Of a DNA stretch of 64,000 nucleotides, positions 59,294 to 64,000 are shown piece by piece. Position numbers and translations under genes: made by a program. The notes beneath the pieces were generated by a model. It had not been told where the DNA came from. It ran no database searches and saw only the letters and a program-made list of their open reading frames with translations. Source of the stretch: Candidatus Poribacteria bacterium (GTDB lineage: Bacteria > Poribacteria > WGA-4E > JAJDTR01); the NCBI GenBank assembly GCA_965222225.1, contig CBDCTK010000002.1, forward strand, positions 5,216,001 through 5,280,000, read 5' to 3'. Each line of letters opens with the position of its first letter. Positions within the stretch are counted from its first letter, which is position 1.

Positions 59294-60280
59294 CTAATTA
59301 TCATCCATAACTGCCTGAATCATCGCCTTGATGTAACCGAACTCGTAAGCAAACGCTTGACGATTACTCTCCGGATCCTTATGCCCCGGGGCGTGATCGG
59401 GCACAACCATGTGTTCGTAGCCAACCTCTTTGAGCGCCTGCATGTTACGGTGCATATTCATCGCCCCTTCATCGGGCCACACTTCCTGAAATTTGTTGCG
59501 CCCGCCAACAATGTTCCGAAAATGGCACACAAATATCTTCTTGCGGCTGCCCAAGTAACGAATAATCTCGGGAACCTCAGTTCTGGGGTCTTCCACACTC
59601 TCCGCCATGCAGCCTAGGCACAGGTTGACGCCGTGATAGGGACTTGGGTAAATCTCTATAAAACGCTTGAAACCGTTGGCGCCGCCAAGTACCCGGTCCA
59701 CACCACGGTGACCGGGCGGTAGCCACGGATCACAAGGATGACAAGCCAACCTGACTTTGCACTCCGTTGCCACCGGAATCACCCGTTCAAGGAAATATGT
59801 GATGCGTTCCCAATTCATCTCGGCGGTGACAGGTGTCTCGAATCTCGGTTCACGGTCTTTGGCTTTTTCCAAATCCCACGTGCTATAAATGGACCCGCCG
59901 CGTCCGGGAGGTTCGCTTTCGGTACGTTGGTGTTCCATTTCGCAAAGCAGATATTTGACTGCGGGGATCCCTGCCTCCGCCGCTTGTCGAATCATGTCAC
60001 AGACGAGATCGATCTCCTTGTCCCCTTCCTCGTAATTCCCGAGCATAAAGTTGGGTATCTCACCCCCATTCACATTGAGCAGCGAGGTAGGCAGCCTGAC
60101 CATCTCCATGTCAATCCCGAATTGGGCGCACTTCTCCTTTTTCTCCACCAGCTCCGCGACATCCCAGCCGTAAGCGCGATGGAAGGTGATGAAGTTCTCA
60201 TTCTTGTTGAACACGCCGTGTCTCGCCAAGTATTCCAAATCCATGTCCGATGTGTTGAACTGCTGTGTGCCGACGTGCAT
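59294..60280 (-). CDS. uxuA: Mannonate dehydratase (UxuA family)
   Basis: WERITYFLERVIPVA...LACHPCDP, NLCLG, HFRNI, PDEG, VPDHAP; ATG 60280 after GAGGAG. Confidence 0.8.
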   Translation of the reverse strand: MHVGTQQFNTSDMDLEYLARHGVFNKNENFITFHRAYGWDVAELVEKKEKCAQFGIDMEMVRLPTSLLNVNGGEIPNFMLGNYEEGDKEIDLVCDMIRQAAEAGIPAVKYLLCEMEHQRTESEPPGRGGSIYSTWDLEKAKDREPRFETPVTAEMNWERITYFLERVIPVATECKVRLACHPCDPWLPPGHRGVDRVLGGANGFKRFIEIYPSPYHGVNLCLGCMAESVEDPRTEVPEIIRYLGSRKKIFVCHFRNIVGGRNKFQEVWPDEGAMNMHRNMQALKEVGYEHMVVPDHAPGHKDPESNRQAFAYEFGYIKAMIQAVMDDN

Positions 60281-60885
60281 CCGTCTCCTCCTACGCCTTC
60301 TTCGGGTCAAGCATCAAATAATCCGTCAGTGCAAACCAAATAGGAGCTGTGCAATCGCTCCTACACGAGCGTCTTCCTCGCTCGGGACGAACGTTCCCAA
60401 TCCGCATTATTCGATGTTGAATGTTACCAAAAGTCTGCGCTCAATCAACGAATCACTATAGCACTCTTCAAAATATTGGTCAAGCGAAATCATCGGCTGT
60501 GAGAAGGCAATTCCACAGGTGAAAGGTCTTGTAGGAGCGATCTCCCGGTCGCGATTCCTTGTAGAATCCACAACCATCAAATCCCCGATTTCCCATCCTC
60601 TCTTTTCGTTGCGTGTCCTGTCTAAAGCGAAGTGCGGGGGTGGGCACTCCCCACCATTCAAACCCATTGGTAATTTACCGGTTACTGGGTGAAGAGGACG
60701 AACCGTGGCAAATCAATGGATTTCTGATGCGTTGCCCCGCGTGCATTTTGAGTTTAAGTTTCAAACCAGTTATGCTATGATTATCACCGCGTACACGGGG
60801 CATGATAGCCGCCGCGAAAACGCCCCCAATAACCGCACAATTCCTAAAAATTGACCATGCCCCGCACCGCATCGGAGGCCCTCAC

Positions 60886-62613
60886 TTGCCATCTCCAGAA
60901 ATAAGCTTCGATCCGATCCAGTTTGAAGTCATACGTAACGCACTCCTTGAGGCAACTGAAGAAATGACAGTTGCCTTGCGGCGCAGCGCCTATTCGACCA
61001 ATATTAAAACCCGCGCAGACTTTTCTTGTGCCTTCTTTGACCGCCAGTTGCAAGCCGTTGCGCAAGCCTTCGCTCAACCTTCCCATCTTGGCTCGCTATC
61101 CGAATTTGTACCGAGAGTGGTCCGGGAATACGGCGACGCCATCCTCGGTCCCGGCGACGCCATCCTCTCTAACCACCCTTACTTGGGTGGTGTCCATCTC
61201 AACGACATCACCCTTATCTCGCCCGTATATCACCAAGATGAGCTCTTCGGCTACGTCGCTAGCCTCGCGCATCATGTTGATGTGGGTGGCGGTGCGCCTG
61301 CCAGCATCGGCGCCTTTCGCGAAGTCTTTCAGGAAGGCATCATCATTCCACCTGTGAAACTGGTACATCGCGGAGAGATTGTCGATGATGTCTTTAGGCT
61401 TGTGCTGGAACAGATTCGTTCAAAACGTGAAACTGCGGGCGATTTCCGAGCGCAGATCGCGGCGAACAACACCGGTATACGCCGGATTGTTGCTCTCCTG
61501 GACCAAAAAGGGGCAGAAACTATTGCTTTTTACATCAACGAACTCCTTGATTACACCGAACGACGCACGCGTGCCGAGATCGCCACGCTTCCTCAAGGCA
61601 GTTTCTCTGCCGACGGATATGTTGACAACGACGGGTTTACCGATGAACCGGTATACCTCGCGGGAAAAATGGTAGTTGATGCCGACGGCGTTCTTTTTGA
61701 CTTAACCGGTTGCGACGCGCAACGGCGCGCACCCGTGAATTCGACCTACGCCCAGACCTTCTCAGCGTGCGCGTATGTACTGAAAGCCCTCATAGATCCC
61801 GACATCCCGGTCAATGCGGGGTTCTACCGCTTGGTGCGCATGAATGCGCCCCTCGGCACAGTCGTCAATTGCGCACCGCCAGCCCCGGTGGTCGGGGGAT
61901 GGGAGACGCAAATGCGGGTTAGCGATATACTTCTCAAGGCGCTGGCGCAAGTTCTCCCGGAGCGCGTTCCTGCCGGCACCAAAGCCATGATGGCTCAACT
62001 CGGATTTGGAGGAACCGATCCCCGGTCGGGTGAACTTTACGCCTATTACGAAACGATGGCGGGCGGATACGGCGGTCGTGCGACTAGCGACGGCCCCGAT
62101 GCTGTGCAGGCTCACAGTCAAAATACGGAGAATGCCCCGGTTGAGGAAACCGAAATCAATTATCCGGTACGCATCCTTCGCTATGAACTGGTCGAGAATT
62201 CGGAAGGCGCCGGTGAATATCGCGGTGGACTCGGCTTGCGCCGTGATTACTTCTTTGACCATGAGGTTTCGTATACCATTCTGGCAGATCGAGATCGGTG
62301 GGGGCCGTGGGGGCTGTTCGGCGGAGAGGCTGGAAAAGTGGCAAGCTACGTGTTGAATCCCGATGCGGAGGCGACCAAGCTCGGCTCCAAAGTGACGGTT
62401 CATCTCAAGCCGGGAGATGTCGTGAGTTACCGCACATGCGGCGGCGGTGGTTACAATCCACCGACAGCACGTCATCCGCAATCGGTATTGCGTGATGTAA
62501 GAGATGGAAAAGTAAGCTTGGAGAGAGCGAGAGATGTCTATCGAGTCGCCATCAACACAGACACGTGGAGCGTTGACACTGAAGAGACCACTAAGCTACG
62601 CTCAAATAAATGA
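60886..62613 (+). CDS. Hydantoinase B / 5-oxoprolinase subunit
   Basis: FEVIRNAL...RSAYSTNIK...DFSCA, NHPYLGGVHLND, HHVDVGG, NAPVEETE, GEYRGGLG, CGGGGY; likely TTG 60886 after GGAGG. Confidence 0.92.
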   Translation: MPSPEISFDPIQFEVIRNALLEATEEMTVALRRSAYSTNIKTRADFSCAFFDRQLQAVAQAFAQPSHLGSLSEFVPRVVREYGDAILGPGDAILSNHPYLGGVHLNDITLISPVYHQDELFGYVASLAHHVDVGGGAPASIGAFREVFQEGIIIPPVKLVHRGEIVDDVFRLVLEQIRSKRETAGDFRAQIAANNTGIRRIVALLDQKGAETIAFYINELLDYTERRTRAEIATLPQGSFSADGYVDNDGFTDEPVYLAGKMVVDADGVLFDLTGCDAQRRAPVNSTYAQTFSACAYVLKALIDPDIPVNAGFYRLVRMNAPLGTVVNCAPPAPVVGGWETQMRVSDILLKALAQVLPERVPAGTKAMMAQLGFGGTDPRSGELYAYYETMAGGYGGRATSDGPDAVQAHSQNTENAPVEETEINYPVRILRYELVENSEGAGEYRGGLGLRRDYFFDHEVSYTILADRDRWGPWGLFGGEAGKVASYVLNPDAEATKLGSKVTVHLKPGDVVSYRTCGGGGYNPPTARHPQSVLRDVRDGKVSLERARDVYRVAINTDTWSVDTEETTKLRSNK

Positions 62614-62684
62614 CGTGGAACGCACGCAAAGTAGCAGAAACGCCGATTCTCTGCGGTGATTTCATGTTGTAGGGCGCGCACTGC

Positions 62685-62848
62685 GATCAAGCGACTGCAT
62701 AGGGAGTGCGATAGAACTCTTACCAGCCTTTGAAAGCGTCAGCGTGCAATCAACTGAGATCGAACGAGCAAACAGCGATTAACCGAATGGATAGTGAGTA
62801 AAACTTTCTATCGCCCTCGCTGTTCACTCGGTTGATCGATAAAGATCC
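62685..62848. repeat. GATCAA-hairpin repeat cluster with an inverted unit
   Basis: Plus-strand unit at 62685 (after REP start GTAGGGCGCGCACTGC); minus-strand unit 62808-62837. Confidence 0.8.
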
Positions 62849-62959
62849 TCTCTCCAAATCACGACCTATCGTCGAGAATCGGAATTCCCTCCTACCGGGG
62901 ATATACCGTTTCCGTTTTCCGGCGCGAACAATGGGCCCGAGACAAAAAAGGCAAAACGT

Positions 62960-64000
62960 ATGACCTCAAGGTATCGCCTTGGAATTGACATTGGTGGCAC
63001 GTTTACCGATGCAACCTTAATCAACGAAAATACGGGAGAGATTCACGTCGGCAAGGTGCCTTCCACGCCGGAAGACCCGTCAGTCGGTTTTATGAATGCA
63101 ACCGATCGGATGCTCCGCGAGGTCGCCGTGTCCCCGGATGAGGTCGAATATGTCGTACACGGCACGACCGTCGCCACCAATGCCATAATCGAAAAAAAGG
63201 TGGCTCCGACAGGTTTCATTACAACCGATGGCTTCCGCGATCTGCTTGAGATCCAACGACAGATTCGACCGACGTTGTACGATTTGCATTTCGAGAAACC
63301 CCGTCCGCTGGTGCCGCGATACCTATGTTTCGGCATACCGGAGCGCCTTGACGCACAGGGGCAGGTGTTAACGCCCTTGGATGAAAACGCGCTCGTGGAG
63401 GCGGTTGAGCAACTTAAGCGCGAAAATGTGACAGCCGTCGCCGTCTGCTTCCTTCATTCCTACATCAACCCGAACCATGAAAAACGAGTGGGCGAAATCC
63501 TGCACGAGGTATTTCCCGACGCCATCGTCTCTCTCTCTTCCGAGGTCGCCCCGGAATTTCGCGAGTATTTTAGAGCGAGTACCACAGTGATTAACGCGTG
63601 TATCCGTCCCATTGTCGCGCGTTATCTCCGGCACATCGAAGATCGGCTGCGGGAGAAAGGGATTACAGCGTCGTTACTCGTCATGCAGAGCAGCGGCGGT
63701 GTATTTACCTTCGCGTCGGCGAGCGAAAAACCCGTATTCATGGTCGAATCCGGTCCCGCGGCGGGCGTAATCGCCGCAACCTACCTTGGCACAGCCTTGG
63801 GGCACCCCGATGTCATCTCCTTCGACATGGGCGGAACCACGGCGAAGGCAGGTCTTGTTCAAAACGGGGCACCGCGCGTGACCAAGGAGTATGAGGTCGG
63901 AACGGCGGCGCAATCCGGCGTTGGTGCCTCCCGTGGTGCAGGGTATCCAATTCGCACGCCTGTACTCGATCTCGTGGAGATAGGCGCCGGGGGCGGGTCG
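62960..64000 (+). CDS. Hydantoinase A / 5-oxoprolinase subunit (runs off window end)
   Basis: Hand translation: MTSRYRLGIDIGGTFTD...HGTTVATNA...ESGPAAGV...FDMGGTTAK...EIGAGGGS. Confidence 0.92.
   Translation, partial: MTSRYRLGIDIGGTFTDATLINENTGEIHVGKVPSTPEDPSVGFMNATDRMLREVAVSPDEVEYVVHGTTVATNAIIEKKVAPTGFITTDGFRDLLEIQRQIRPTLYDLHFEKPRPLVPRYLCFGIPERLDAQGQVLTPLDENALVEAVEQLKRENVTAVAVCFLHSYINPNHEKRVGEILHEVFPDAIVSLSSEVAPEFREYFRASTTVINACIRPIVARYLRHIEDRLREKGITASLLVMQSSGGVFTFASASEKPVFMVESGPAAGVIAATYLGTALGHPDVISFDMGGTTAKAGLVQNGAPRVTKEYEVGTAAQSGVGASRGAGYPIRTPVLDLVEIGAGGGS

Noticed and set aside
1-64000. rRNA, tRNA, prophage or integron
   Set aside because: No rRNA/tRNA signatures, phage structural genes, integrase or regularly spaced attC sites were seen.

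Overview
64-kb bacterial window, most likely from Candidatus Poribacteria or a close relative (inference from the 'TALLQNFPNPFNPETW.PY...YWDG...RRMLILK' C-terminal sorting domains, a cohesin-domain protein and the sugar-acid/oxidoreductase content). Layout: (1) 2.4-19.8 kb, a tandem array of nine paralogous secreted FG-GAP (integrin-alpha-like) beta-propeller genes with FlgD-Ig/T9SS-A-like tails; the first copy is broken by deletions and an IS5-type insertion. (2) 21-35 kb, a metal-homeostasis island with a decaying zrg-like uptake operon (its CxxC/RAPP leader gene is split by an IS1), an intact czcCBA-type RND system and a TonB-dependent receptor. (3) 35-51 kb, mixed metabolic genes, pseudogenes and a VIT/vWA protein. 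(4) 51-56 kb, a coupled two-gene candidate defence cassette: TIR-(TPR)17-DNA target recognition domain plus ABC-ATPase/HEPN-like protein. (5) 56-64 kb, uronate/sugar-acid catabolism and hydantoinase/oxoprolinase genes. The most striking non-coding signal is a ~35-37 bp intergenic repeat (at least 21 copies, both strands). Its variable positions covary to preserve a strand-specific hairpin built around tandem G-A pairs, and it is found nested inside REP-like hairpins and inside itself without target duplications. All calls are from reading the sequence by eye; no database searches were run.
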